Shown here: one piece after another, positions 55,968 to 64,000 of the stretch | How the letters are laid out: the number at the start of each line of letters is the position of its first letter | Numbering within the stretch: position 1 is the first letter of the stretch | From: Desulfobulbaceae bacterium | Lineage (GTDB): Bacteria > Desulfobacterota > Desulfobulbia > Desulfobulbales > Desulfobulbaceae | Length of the DNA: 64,000 nucleotides | Direction: 5' to 3' | Assembly: GCA_015484845.1 (NCBI GenBank) | Contig: WFUT01000074.1 | Location: forward strand, 19,388 to 83,387 | Program-made: the position numbers and the translations under genes | Notes under the pieces: generated by a model | The model's input: the letters and a program-made list of their open reading frames with translations, nothing else | Told to the model about the DNA's origin: nothing | The model's database searches: none

Positions 55968-57031
55968 GAGACCGTCTCCAGGAGAAGGTAGGGCTCCATG
56001 GCCGCCAGCACCTGGTCGGCCGTCACCTGTTCCATGCACTGGAAGTGGCCCTGCGGGCAGTGGGTCTTCATGCAGGGACTGCACGGCATGGCGTGGCGGA
56101 CAACGGCGGCCCGTTCGCTGTAGGGACCGGTGGCCACATGGTCGGTGGAGCCGAAGATGGCCACCAGGGGCACGTCCAGGGCCGCGGCCGCGTGCATGAG
56201 ACCGGAATCATTGGTAACAAAGACGTCGCAGAGGTCGATGAAGGCCAGGGCCAGGGCCAGGTCGGTCCGGCCGGTCAGGTCGAGGATACGCTGCGGGTGC
56301 GGGCAATAGTCCCGGATCTGGCCGGCCGCCCGGCGGTCGGCATCGGTGCCAAAGACCAGGACCAGGCCGTCAAGGCGGTCGGTGAGCAGCCGGGCCAGCT
56401 CGCCGAAGCGGCGCGCCGGCCAGCGCTTGGCCGGACCATAGGAGGCGCCGGGGTTGAGGCCGATGACCGGGCCGCGCACGTCCTGCTCCCGGCGGAACCG
56501 CTCCAGCGTCTGCCGGGCGTGCTCCTCCGCGGCCGGGGCAAGATACAGCTCCAGTCGGTCCGGCCCGGGCCGCAGTCCCAGGCCGGCCAGCATCTCCTGG
56601 TAGTAATGGACCTGGTGCCGGCTGCCGATATCCGGCGCCTTGCGCACGCCGTGGGTCAGCAGCAGGCCCCGGCCGTCGGTGGTGTAACCGGCCCGGACCG
56701 GGATCCGGGCCAGGCTGGTGACCAGGGCCGCCTCAAAGGCGTTCTGCAGCAGGATGGCGGCGTCGAACCCGCGGCCGGCCATCTCCTGCACCAGGCGCAG
56801 GCGGCCGCGCATACCGTGGTGACGCCCCTGTTTCTCATAGAGCAGCAGCCGGTCCACCCAGGGGGAATGGCGGAAGATATCCGCCACCCAGGGCAGGGCC
56901 AGCAGGGTGATCTCGGCAGCGGGAAAATTCCGGCGGATGGTGCGCACCGCCGGAATGGTCATCACCGCGTCGCCGATCCAGTTGGTGGAACGGACCAGGA
57001 TCCGTTCCGGTTGGGCGGGAAACGGCTTCAT
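55964..57031 (-). CDS. waaF: Lipopolysaccharide heptosyltransferase II
   Basis: NWIGDAVM, NPGASYGPAKRWP, TDLALA, TNDSGLMH and AIFGST. Start ATG 57031. Confidence 0.92.
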   Translation of the reverse strand: MKPFPAQPERILVRSTNWIGDAVMTIPAVRTIRRNFPAAEITLLALPWVADIFRHSPWVDRLLLYEKQGRHHGMRGRLRLVQEMAGRGFDAAILLQNAFEAALVTSLARIPVRAGYTTDGRGLLLTHGVRKAPDIGSRHQVHYYQEMLAGLGLRPGPDRLELYLAPAAEEHARQTLERFRREQDVRGPVIGLNPGASYGPAKRWPARRFGELARLLTDRLDGLVLVFGTDADRRAAGQIRDYCPHPQRILDLTGRTDLALALAFIDLCDVFVTNDSGLMHAAAALDVPLVAIFGSTDHVATGPYSERAAVVRHAMPCSPCMKTHCPQGHFQCMEQVTADQVLAAMEPYLLLETVS

Positions 57032-57038
57032 GGCCCGG

Positions 57039-58793
57039 CTACTCGGCCTCCTGGCAGGCCAGCAGCTCGGCCAGCCCCTTGCGGGCAAACTCGATGGAGG
57101 GATCCTGGGACAGGGCGATGTGGTAGTTGGTGATCGCCTCATCGGTCCGGCCCAGTTTTTCCAGGTTCAGGGCCAGGTTGGCATAGTCGATGGCCGAGAC
57201 CGGGTTGAGCTCCACGGCCCGCCTGAAGTGATGGACCGCGGTCTCGTAGTTCTCGCACTTGAAGTGGCAGACCCCGAGGATGTTGTGGATATCGGGCCGC
57301 TCCTCGTCGCAGGCCAGGCCGGTGTCCAGGGTGGTGATGGCCTCCCTGAACCGCTGCAGGTCGCGCAGGCAGCTGCCCATGTAGGAATAGATATAGGGCA
57401 GATCCTCCTGGCTGGGATTGCGGGCCAGGGCCTGTTCGAACCGTTGCAGGGCCTCCTCTGCCATGCCCTGCTCGTAGAGGTTCTTGCCCCGGTAGAACTC
57501 CAGGTAATAGGCATTGTCGATCCTGGCCTCCATGGCGGCGAGCTTGTCTTCCAGGGCCGCCGGCTCCAGGAGCTCGGTGGCCAGCTTGGCCGCGAACAGG
57601 GCCGCATCGCCGCCGGCTGCCCGCTCCCGGAAGTGGGCCCCGGGCACGATGGTATAGACGGCCGGGATCTGGAGCCTGGGGTGCATGGTGTTGAGGATCA
57701 GCACCTCCATGTTCAGCCTGCGCAGCGAGTCAACACAGTTGAGCACCTCGCGCCGCATGTCCGGGTCGCCCACGTTGACCATCTCGTCCAGGGCAATGGT
57801 CTGCTCCGGCCTGACCACGTGCTCCACCTCGTCCAGGGAGAGGGGCTTGGGCAGGCCCGAGGCCACGTAGTTGGCCGAGGTATTGAAGTCGCCGGCCAGT
57901 TGCGCGATCTCGGTCAGGGCACGGATCAGGGCCTTGGTCGGATCGGGCGTGGTGCCGGCGGTATAGACGATCTCGCTGGTCTCGGGAAAGGTGGCGGGAT
58001 CCCAGGCCAGGGCGCCGACCGTGGGAATGCCGGTATCAAGGGAGAAATCGTTGAGGTAGAGCTCGATGCCGCAGCGCCGGAACTTGTCGATCAGGGTCCG
58101 CGCCACCGGGTCGGTGACCGAATCGGGATCAATGGCCGGGGTCTTGAGTTTCTCCCGGCTCACCACGGCGCAGACATGGCGTTCGACGATCTCGCAGATC
58201 CCCTGCAGGATCGCCTCCTCGTAGGTGTTACCGGCCGAGGGGCCGTTGAACTCGTTGATGGCGTAGAACCAGGAAAAGGGCACCAGGACGTCGCTGCCGC
58301 TGCTCAGGTTGGTAGCCCAGGTCCAGCGCATGGGCAGGCCGGAGAGCAGCTCCTCCAGGATCTCCGGGGCCAGGGTCGTATCATGGACCGACTGGAGCAG
58401 GAAACGGATATCCAGGACCGGGTAGCCGGCCTCCCGCATGGCGGCATAGTCACCAGTGACAAAGTTGTCCGGGTTCTTCATGAAACTGAAGAAACTGAAC
58501 CGCTCGCCCAGCTCCATGCAGGCACTGGCCCGGGACTGCTCCGGGGTCGAGCCCTTGCCCATCTGCTTCTTGGTGCCAATGGTGTTCAGGGCATCCTGGC
58601 CGCAGACCGAGAAATAGACCGGAATATCCAGCCTGCCGGTGTCGATGCGCCGCACCTCCTTGAGGATGTCGAGATCGGCCTCCCTGAGCCGCTGCATGAA
58701 CCGCGCAACGGTCTCCTCGGGGGTGCAGGCCTTGTCCTGGTCATAGGTATATGCCTTGCGGCAGTCAGCAAGTCGAATCGTTTTCTTTTCCAT
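57039..58793 (-). CDS. YcaO-family protein with C-terminal TPR repeats
   Basis: KQMGKG...SACMELGER, NGPSAGNTYEEAILQGICEIVER and YTIVPG, followed by four TPR-like 34-mers. Confidence 0.9.
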   Translation of the reverse strand: MEKKTIRLADCRKAYTYDQDKACTPEETVARFMQRLREADLDILKEVRRIDTGRLDIPVYFSVCGQDALNTIGTKKQMGKGSTPEQSRASACMELGERFSFFSFMKNPDNFVTGDYAAMREAGYPVLDIRFLLQSVHDTTLAPEILEELLSGLPMRWTWATNLSSGSDVLVPFSWFYAINEFNGPSAGNTYEEAILQGICEIVERHVCAVVSREKLKTPAIDPDSVTDPVARTLIDKFRRCGIELYLNDFSLDTGIPTVGALAWDPATFPETSEIVYTAGTTPDPTKALIRALTEIAQLAGDFNTSANYVASGLPKPLSLDEVEHVVRPEQTIALDEMVNVGDPDMRREVLNCVDSLRRLNMEVLILNTMHPRLQIPAVYTIVPGAHFRERAAGGDAALFAAKLATELLEPAALEDKLAAMEARIDNAYYLEFYRGKNLYEQGMAEEALQRFEQALARNPSQEDLPYIYSYMGSCLRDLQRFREAITTLDTGLACDEERPDIHNILGVCHFKCENYETAVHHFRRAVELNPVSAIDYANLALNLEKLGRTDEAITNYHIALSQDPSIEFARKGLAELLACQEAE

Positions 58794-58907
58794 GGTGTTG
58801 TCGTGTAATGAGTGTGTTGTTGGTTGGTTTCTTGATCCTGGCGGCGGCCCGGGGACAAAACCTCGCCCGCCCGCGGCGGACCCGGGTGCCCCGCTGCCGT
58901 GCCCGGT

Positions 58908-60122
58908 TCAGATGGCGCTGAAATTCTCGGCCAGGTCAACGGCGTCCAGATAGGCTGCCATCATCCGGTCGGTATCCATGCCGATATCCTCGAGCAGCGC
59001 CGTACACCGCTGCCAGTCACCCTGCTCGTAGGCGAGCACGGTCTCCAGGTAGGGCGCGCAGGGGCCGGTGCCGTGGGTCAGCGCCTGCTTGATATTGGCC
59101 GGCAGGGGCAGCCGCTCCATCAGCTCCGCCATCTCCATGTCCAGCATGGCATCGAGCAGGGAGAAGAGTCCCAGCAGGAAGAGCTCCGACGTATCGCCCT
59201 GCCTTCCCCGGCCATGTTTTCCCAGCAGCTCGCAGAGCCTGGCCCGGATCACCGCGGTCCGGATCAGCTCGTCGGGCTTGTCCGACGACAGGCCGGAGGT
59301 GGCCACCAGGGAGACGAACTGCCGCACCCCGGCCTCACCGAGATAGAGGAGCGCATGCCGGATCGAGGAGATCTCGTTGAGCAGGTAGTAGTAGGCCGAG
59401 TTGATGTAGCGCAGCAGCTTGTAGGAGATGGCCACGTCCGGGGAGATCATCTGCTCGATCCGGTCCATGCGCACGTTTTCCCGGTTGACCTCCACCAGGA
59501 GGTTGAGCAGGTTGACCTTGGAGGTGGCGATCTCGCGGTTGTGCATGACCTCCGGCCTGCTGAAAAAGTAGCCCTGGAACAGGGAAAACCCCATGGCCAG
59601 CGCCGCGTCGAACTCCTGGTAGGTCTCTATCTTCTCGGCCAGGAGCTTCTTGCCCTGCTCCCGCAACGCGGCACCTTCCCGCTCGATCACCTCCAGGGGA
59701 ACCAGGCGGAAATCGACCTTGATGATGTCGGCCAGCTCCACCAGGGCCGCCTGGTTGCCGCTGAAGTCAAAGTCGTCCAGGGCGATGAGATACCCGTTTT
59801 CCCTGAGCTGCCTGCAGGCGGTGACGATCTCGGCTGTTGGCTCGACATCCTCGAGGATCTCGACAATGACCTTGTCGGCCGGAAACTGGGTCGGCGTCCT
59901 GTCGAGCAGGTGCCTGCCGGTGAAGTTGATCAGGGCCCACTTGGAGCCGGTGATCCTGTCCATGCCGATATTGAGAAAGGTCGAGCTCAGGACCCGGGCC
60001 GTGGCCATGTCGCCGTCGGCACCGGAAAAGACATTTTCCAGGCTGCTGCGGTACAGGAGCTCGTAGCCGAACAGGCCTTTCCTGCGGTTGAATATCGGTT
60101 GCCGGGCAATAAAGCTGTCCAT
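58908..60122 (-). CDS. EAL plus HDOD domain protein (YuxH/PdeH-like c-di-GMP phosphodiesterase)
   Basis: FIARQPIF, GYELLYR, INFT, VEILE, ALDDF, IKVD, LAEKIET and FQGYFF, then HDOD (SYKLLRYINS, LFLLGLFSLLDA). Start ATG 60122. Confidence 0.92.
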   Translation of the reverse strand: MDSFIARQPIFNRRKGLFGYELLYRSSLENVFSGADGDMATARVLSSTFLNIGMDRITGSKWALINFTGRHLLDRTPTQFPADKVIVEILEDVEPTAEIVTACRQLRENGYLIALDDFDFSGNQAALVELADIIKVDFRLVPLEVIEREGAALREQGKKLLAEKIETYQEFDAALAMGFSLFQGYFFSRPEVMHNREIATSKVNLLNLLVEVNRENVRMDRIEQMISPDVAISYKLLRYINSAYYYLLNEISSIRHALLYLGEAGVRQFVSLVATSGLSSDKPDELIRTAVIRARLCELLGKHGRGRQGDTSELFLLGLFSLLDAMLDMEMAELMERLPLPANIKQALTHGTGPCAPYLETVLAYEQGDWQRCTALLEDIGMDTDRMMAAYLDAVDLAENFSAI

Positions 60123-60124
60123 GA

Positions 60125-60625
60125 TTAACGCCCCGGGCCGGAAGCCGACCCGGCCGTGGCCGCCAGTTGCGGCAGCCGCTGCCGCCAGGAGCGGCCGTGC
60201 GCGGTCAGGGTCACGGTCCTCCCCTCCCCGCCGCTGCTCCCGATCCTGATCTCCAGGAAGCTCTCCGGCCGCAACCCGCCCAGCCTGTCGGGCCACTCGA
60301 TGGCACAGACCCCTGCTCCTTCCAGGTATTCGGCCAGGCCGGCCGCCTCCACGTCCTCCTCTCCGGCCAGGCGGTAGCAGTCCATGTGGTAGAAGGGCAG
60401 CCGGCCGGGATACTCGTGCAGCAGGGCAAAACTGGGACTGGTGACATGGTACTGGTCCGGGACGCCGAGGCCGCGCGCGATCCAGCCGGCCAGGGTGGTC
60501 TTGCCCGCGCCCAGCTCGCCCGCCAGGAGAATGACGTCACCAGGCCCGCAGATGGCGCCAAGCCGCCGGCCCAGGCTCTCGGTCTGTGCGGGATCAGCCA
60601 GGGACAGGGTCAGGCTGTCAGCCAT
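60125..60625 (-). CDS. tsaE: tRNA threonylcarbamoyladenosine biosynthesis ATPase
   Basis: LAGELGAGKTT, VTSPSF, HMDCYRL and IEWPDR. Start ATG 60625. Confidence 0.95.
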   Translation of the reverse strand: MADSLTLSLADPAQTESLGRRLGAICGPGDVILLAGELGAGKTTLAGWIARGLGVPDQYHVTSPSFALLHEYPGRLPFYHMDCYRLAGEEDVEAAGLAEYLEGAGVCAIEWPDRLGGLRPESFLEIRIGSSGGEGRTVTLTAHGRSWRQRLPQLAATAGSASGPGR

Positions 60626-61823
60626 TGTCCGCTCCCCCGACGACAGGAACCGGCACGCGGCTGTCAACAGGCAGGGTGACCACCATGGACTCCCCGTCCC
60701 CGCTGGTGTCGAGATGCAGGGACCCGCCGAGCATGTTCACCAGTTCGCCCACCGTGACCATGGTATGATCCAGCGGTCTTGCTTCGTTTCCGGCCATGGC
60801 CTGCGCCCCGGCCCTGTCCGCCTTCATGGTCAGCACCATCTCCCCGTCCCTGGTGTCGAAGCGCACCTGCAGGCTGTCACCATTCCGCTGGCAGAATCCC
60901 TGCAACGCCTTCTGGACGATGCGATAGACCAGTTTCTTTTTCGGATGCAGGAAGAGCCGGTCCAGGGGAGTGGCCGCAAAGGCGATGTCCACCTTCCTCC
61001 TCCGGCTGAAACGGCGGACCAGTTCGGCAATGGCGGCATCCAGGCCCAGGTCGTCGATGCTCACCGGGCTCAGGCTCGAGGAGAGCAGCCGGATCTTGTC
61101 AATGATCTCGTTCAGGAATCCCCGCAACAGCTGCAGGTTGCCGTTGATCAGTTCCCTGGACAGCTCGCCGCCGCTGTTGATCTCGTTCTCCAGCAGCTTG
61201 ATCTGCAGCTTCAGGCCGGTCAGCGACTGGCCGAGATCCTCGCTCAGGCGGGTGGCAAGCTGTTCTTTTTCATCCTCCTGGCCGTTGATCAGGCTGGAGG
61301 AGAGGCTGGCCAGCCGCCGGTCGGAGCGGGCCAGCTCCTCGCTGGCCCGGCGCAGCCGGTTCTCGTACCTGCGCACCCTGTCGCAGAGGGTCCTGTTCTC
61401 CCTGGTCAGCAGCCAGGTCTGCCGGGCCTGGTCCAGGATGAGGCGTAACTGGACAATATCCCAGGGCTTGAGGACATACTGGTAGATATGTCCCTTGTTG
61501 ATGGCATCGATGATGTCCGAGACATCCATGTACCCCGTGATGATGATCCGGACCGTTTCCGGCTGCCGGGCATAGACCTCTGCCAGCAGCTCGACACCGG
61601 ACATGGAGCCCAGCTGCTGGTCGCAGAGGACCATGGCGATATCGGGACTGCCGGCAAAGATCTCCAGTGCCTCCTCGCCGCCGGCAGCGGTGAGGACCTG
61701 GTACTCCTCGCCGAAAGTGGCAACAAAATGTCCTGTATTGACCGGGTCAGGATCGACAAGCAGGATCTTCACCCTGCGTCCCGGCAACCGGCCGGCGTCA
61801 CGGCTCATATGCTGCTGTTCCAT
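60618..61823 (-). CDS. Response-regulator receiver fused to a degenerate NarX/UhpB-type (HisKA_3) kinase core
   Basis: Intact receiver (VLCDQQL, IITG, VLKPW). H-box reads LSEDLGQSLT instead of LHDELGQ, and the ATP-box residues are substituted. Start uncertain (61823 or 61808). Confidence 0.8.
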   Translation of the reverse strand: MEQQHMSRDAGRLPGRRVKILLVDPDPVNTGHFVATFGEEYQVLTAAGGEEALEIFAGSPDIAMVLCDQQLGSMSGVELLAEVYARQPETVRIIITGYMDVSDIIDAINKGHIYQYVLKPWDIVQLRLILDQARQTWLLTRENRTLCDRVRRYENRLRRASEELARSDRRLASLSSSLINGQEDEKEQLATRLSEDLGQSLTGLKLQIKLLENEINSGGELSRELINGNLQLLRGFLNEIIDKIRLLSSSLSPVSIDDLGLDAAIAELVRRFSRRRKVDIAFAATPLDRLFLHPKKKLVYRIVQKALQGFCQRNGDSLQVRFDTRDGEMVLTMKADRAGAQAMAGNEARPLDHTMVTVGELVNMLGGSLHLDTSGDGESMVVTLPVDSRVPVPVVGGADNG

Positions 61824-61855
61824 CGGTCCATATCGTCTCCGGCTCCAGCCCCGCC

Positions 61856-63727
61856 TTACTTGGCGTCGTCGGTCCACCATGTCCAGAGGAACTGGTATGG
61901 ATTGTAATAAAGGGGCAGTTTTTCAGGGTAATGCAACCGGGAGCTAAAGGCAATCCGATGGTACGGCAGGTACCAGTTTGGTACTACATAGTAGCTGTAC
62001 CAGAGCACCCGGTCAAGAGATTTGCAGGCCACGGTGAGCTGCTTGCGGTTTTCGGCATAGATAATGGCGTCCACCAGCCGGTCGACAATGGGACTGGCGA
62101 CCCCGGCCAGGTTGCGCGACCCCTTGCGCGTGGCAGCCTGCGACGACCAGTAGTCGCGCTGCTCGTTGCCCGGCGACTGCGACTGGGCAAAGACGTTGAC
62201 CACCATGTCAAAGTCGAAATTCCTGATCCGGTCCAGGTAGAGAGCAGCGTCGATGGTGCGGTAGGTCGCCTCGATCCCCAGTTTTTTCAGGTTCTTCACG
62301 TATGGCGCCATGACCCGTTCAAAGGAGGGGCTCACCAGGAGGATCTCGAACCGGAAGGGATCGCCCTTCTGGTTGCGCAGGACCCCGTCCTTCACCTTCC
62401 AGCCGGCCCGGGCAAGAAGCCGCATCGCCTTGCGCAGGTTGCCGCGCAGGCTGTTGGGCGGCGTGGTGGTGGGCGCTTTGAGCGGGGTGGTGAAGACCTC
62501 GGCGGGCAGCTTGTCCCGGAACGGCTGCAGCAGGGCGAGTTCACCCGGGCCGGGCAGGCCGGTGGCCGCCAGGTCGGAATTGGAAAAATAGGAGTTGCTG
62601 CGGGTGTACTGGTTGAAGAAGAGCGCCCGGTTGGTCCACTCGAAGTCAAAGGCAAGGCCCAGGGCCTGGCGGACGCGGCGGTCCCGGAACAGCGGCCGCC
62701 GGGTATTGAAGACAAAACCCTGCATGCCGGCGTCGTTCTTGTGGGGAAACTTTTTCTTGACCAGTTCTCCGGAATCAAAGCGGCGACCGGTGAGGTCCCG
62801 CACCCACTGCTTGGCGATGTTGACCACCATGAAGTCGAACTCGCCCGCCTTGAAGGCCTCCACCGAGACCACCTGGTCCTTGAAGTACTTGACCGTGATG
62901 GTGTCAAAGTTGAACATGCCGCGGCGCACGGGCAGGTCCCTGGCCCAGTAGTCGGGGTTTCGCCGGTAGGTTATCGATTCGCCGGGGCGGACGTCGGCCA
63001 CCACGTAGGGACCGGAGCCCACGGGCGGCACCATGACGTCGGCGCCGCCATCGGGATCAAAGCCATGCTTTTCATAGAAGGCCTTTTCGAGCACCGGTAA
63101 CTGGGCCGCGATCAGGTGCAGTTCCCGGTTGACCCTGGCAAAGTGGAACCGTATCCGTTTCCTGTCCAGGATCTCGGCGCTGGTGATGTCCTGGAAATAG
63201 ACCTGGTAAAAGGGATGGGCGCGGTCGCTCTTGAGGGTGTCGAGGGAGAACTTGACATCCTCCACGGTCACGGGCCGGCCGTCGGAGAACCGGGCCCGGT
63301 CGTCAATGGTGAAGGTGACCGAGCGCCGGTCCGGTGCAAGCTGGATATCACGGGCGATCAGGCCATACTCGGAAAAGGGCTCGTCCAGGCTCGGCACGGC
63401 CAGGGTCTCGAAGACCAGGGAATCAAGGCCAAACGGCGCGGTCCCCTTGAGGGTAAAGGGGTTCATCTTGTCAAAACTGCCCAGGTCGTGCAGGACCAGG
63501 CTGCCCCCCTTGTGCGCCCTGGGGGATGTGTAGTCGAACCGTTTGAAACCAGGCGGATACTTTACCTTGCCGTCAATACTGATACCATGGGCGGCCAGGG
63601 CCTGCCCGGTCGCGCCCAGCAGGAAGAGCAGAACCAGGGCGAGTACCCGGGCCGGGGTCGCGGCCGGGACATGCGGCCGGCGGGCAGCCATCCCGCCCGC
63701 CGGCCGGTATCCGGTTACTGTGTGCAT
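61856..63727 (-). CDS. Extracellular solute-binding protein, family 5 (YejA-like)
   Basis: HGISIDGKVKYPPGFKRFDY, GSFDKMNPF, ARFSDGRP, GSGPY, RRNPDYW, VRQALGLAFDFEW and SQSPGNEQ. Confidence 0.92.
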   Translation of the reverse strand: MHTVTGYRPAGGMAARRPHVPAATPARVLALVLLFLLGATGQALAAHGISIDGKVKYPPGFKRFDYTSPRAHKGGSLVLHDLGSFDKMNPFTLKGTAPFGLDSLVFETLAVPSLDEPFSEYGLIARDIQLAPDRRSVTFTIDDRARFSDGRPVTVEDVKFSLDTLKSDRAHPFYQVYFQDITSAEILDRKRIRFHFARVNRELHLIAAQLPVLEKAFYEKHGFDPDGGADVMVPPVGSGPYVVADVRPGESITYRRNPDYWARDLPVRRGMFNFDTITVKYFKDQVVSVEAFKAGEFDFMVVNIAKQWVRDLTGRRFDSGELVKKKFPHKNDAGMQGFVFNTRRPLFRDRRVRQALGLAFDFEWTNRALFFNQYTRSNSYFSNSDLAATGLPGPGELALLQPFRDKLPAEVFTTPLKAPTTTPPNSLRGNLRKAMRLLARAGWKVKDGVLRNQKGDPFRFEILLVSPSFERVMAPYVKNLKKLGIEATYRTIDAALYLDRIRNFDFDMVVNVFAQSQSPGNEQRDYWSSQAATRKGSRNLAGVASPIVDRLVDAIIYAENRKQLTVACKSLDRVLWYSYYVVPNWYLPYHRIAFSSRLHYPEKLPLYYNPYQFLWTWWTDDAK

Positions 63728-63859
63728 GGTCTTTTCCGGTGAAAGAATGGATGGATCGCAACTCCATGGCCGGCCTGTCCGCGGACAGACCGGTACGGGT
63801 TCAGCATAATCGAAAAGCAGGATCTAAAACAACGACTATGCGGCTGCGGGTGAAAAAAA

Positions 63860-63888
63860 TTGACGGATTATTGCAAGCCGTGTATTAC
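63860..63888 (+). promoter_or_regulatory. Possible sigma-70 promoter for the leuC-like gene
   Basis: TTGACG-N17-TATTAC, with a GGAGG RBS before ATG 63935. Confidence 0.4.
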
Positions 63889-63934
63889 AGAATGCCTCAT
63901 CAGACAAACCACTCCCGTGGAGGTCAAGACGATC

Positions 63935-64000
63935 ATGGGACAGACAATAGCGGAAAAGATATTTGCGGCCCACCTGCGGGACACCCCCACCCCGGGCAAC
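63935..64000 (+). CDS. leuC: 3-isopropylmalate dehydratase large subunit / aconitase-family protein (5' fragment)
   Basis: MGQTIAEKIFAAHL, the typical LeuC/HacA N-terminus; only 22 codons are visible. Confidence 0.7.
   Translation, partial: MGQTIAEKIFAAHLRDTPTPGN

Noticed and set aside
57039-58907. RiPP biosynthetic cluster around YcaO
   Set aside because: No small Cys/Ser/Thr-rich precursor ORF in the 114-nt upstream gap or nearby, and no tailoring or export genes.
1-64000. tRNA, rRNA, integrase, transposase or prophage genes
   Set aside because: None were recognised by eye in the intergenic regions or ORFs; a tRNAscan/Infernal run would be needed to exclude small RNAs formally.

Overview
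GC-rich bacterial chromosomal window. Gene content (four-subunit 2-oxoacid:ferredoxin oxidoreductase, TauE/TIGR02186/PEP-utiliser cassette, Ehr complex, LPS heptose genes) suggests a Desulfobacterota member, probably Desulfobulbales (inference). From left to right: (1) a minus-strand block with a DUF202-type heptad-repeat membrane protein, USP, a decayed receiver gene, a PEP-synthase-like dikinase, TIGR02186 and TauE/SafE, behind a near-consensus sigma-54 promoter with three palindromic enhancer sites and an NtrC-type activator; then USP and a TAXI-TRAP transporter; (2) korDABC plus an iron-sulfur flavoprotein; (3) a four-gene module of a zinc-ribbon/HAMP membrane protein, two PhnD-like binding proteins and a DUF4388-like protein; (4) housekeeping genes (rlmN, radical SAM, serC, trmL, lysC, cimA, comEA, miaA, recJ, purB, miaB, PHP, D,D-peptidase, parC/parE, thiD, cutA), with a 330-bp MITE-like element and a REP-like palindrome cluster; (5) a Thermococcales-like CoA-disulfide/sulfur reductase next to coaX and ldcA; (6) a six-gene Ehr complex with no NiFe ligands; (7) a minus-strand run of YejA-like SBP, receiver-pseudokinase, tsaE, EAL/HDOD, YcaO-TPR, waaF and gmhB; and the start of a leuC-like gene. 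No rRNA, tRNA, CRISPR array, integrase or transposase was recognised. The best leads are the archaeal-type sulfur/CoA reductase, the output-less HAMP sensor module, the stand-alone YcaO-TPR, the PEP-utiliser sigma-54 regulon and the receiver-pseudokinase. All family assignments come from motif recognition by eye; no database search was run.
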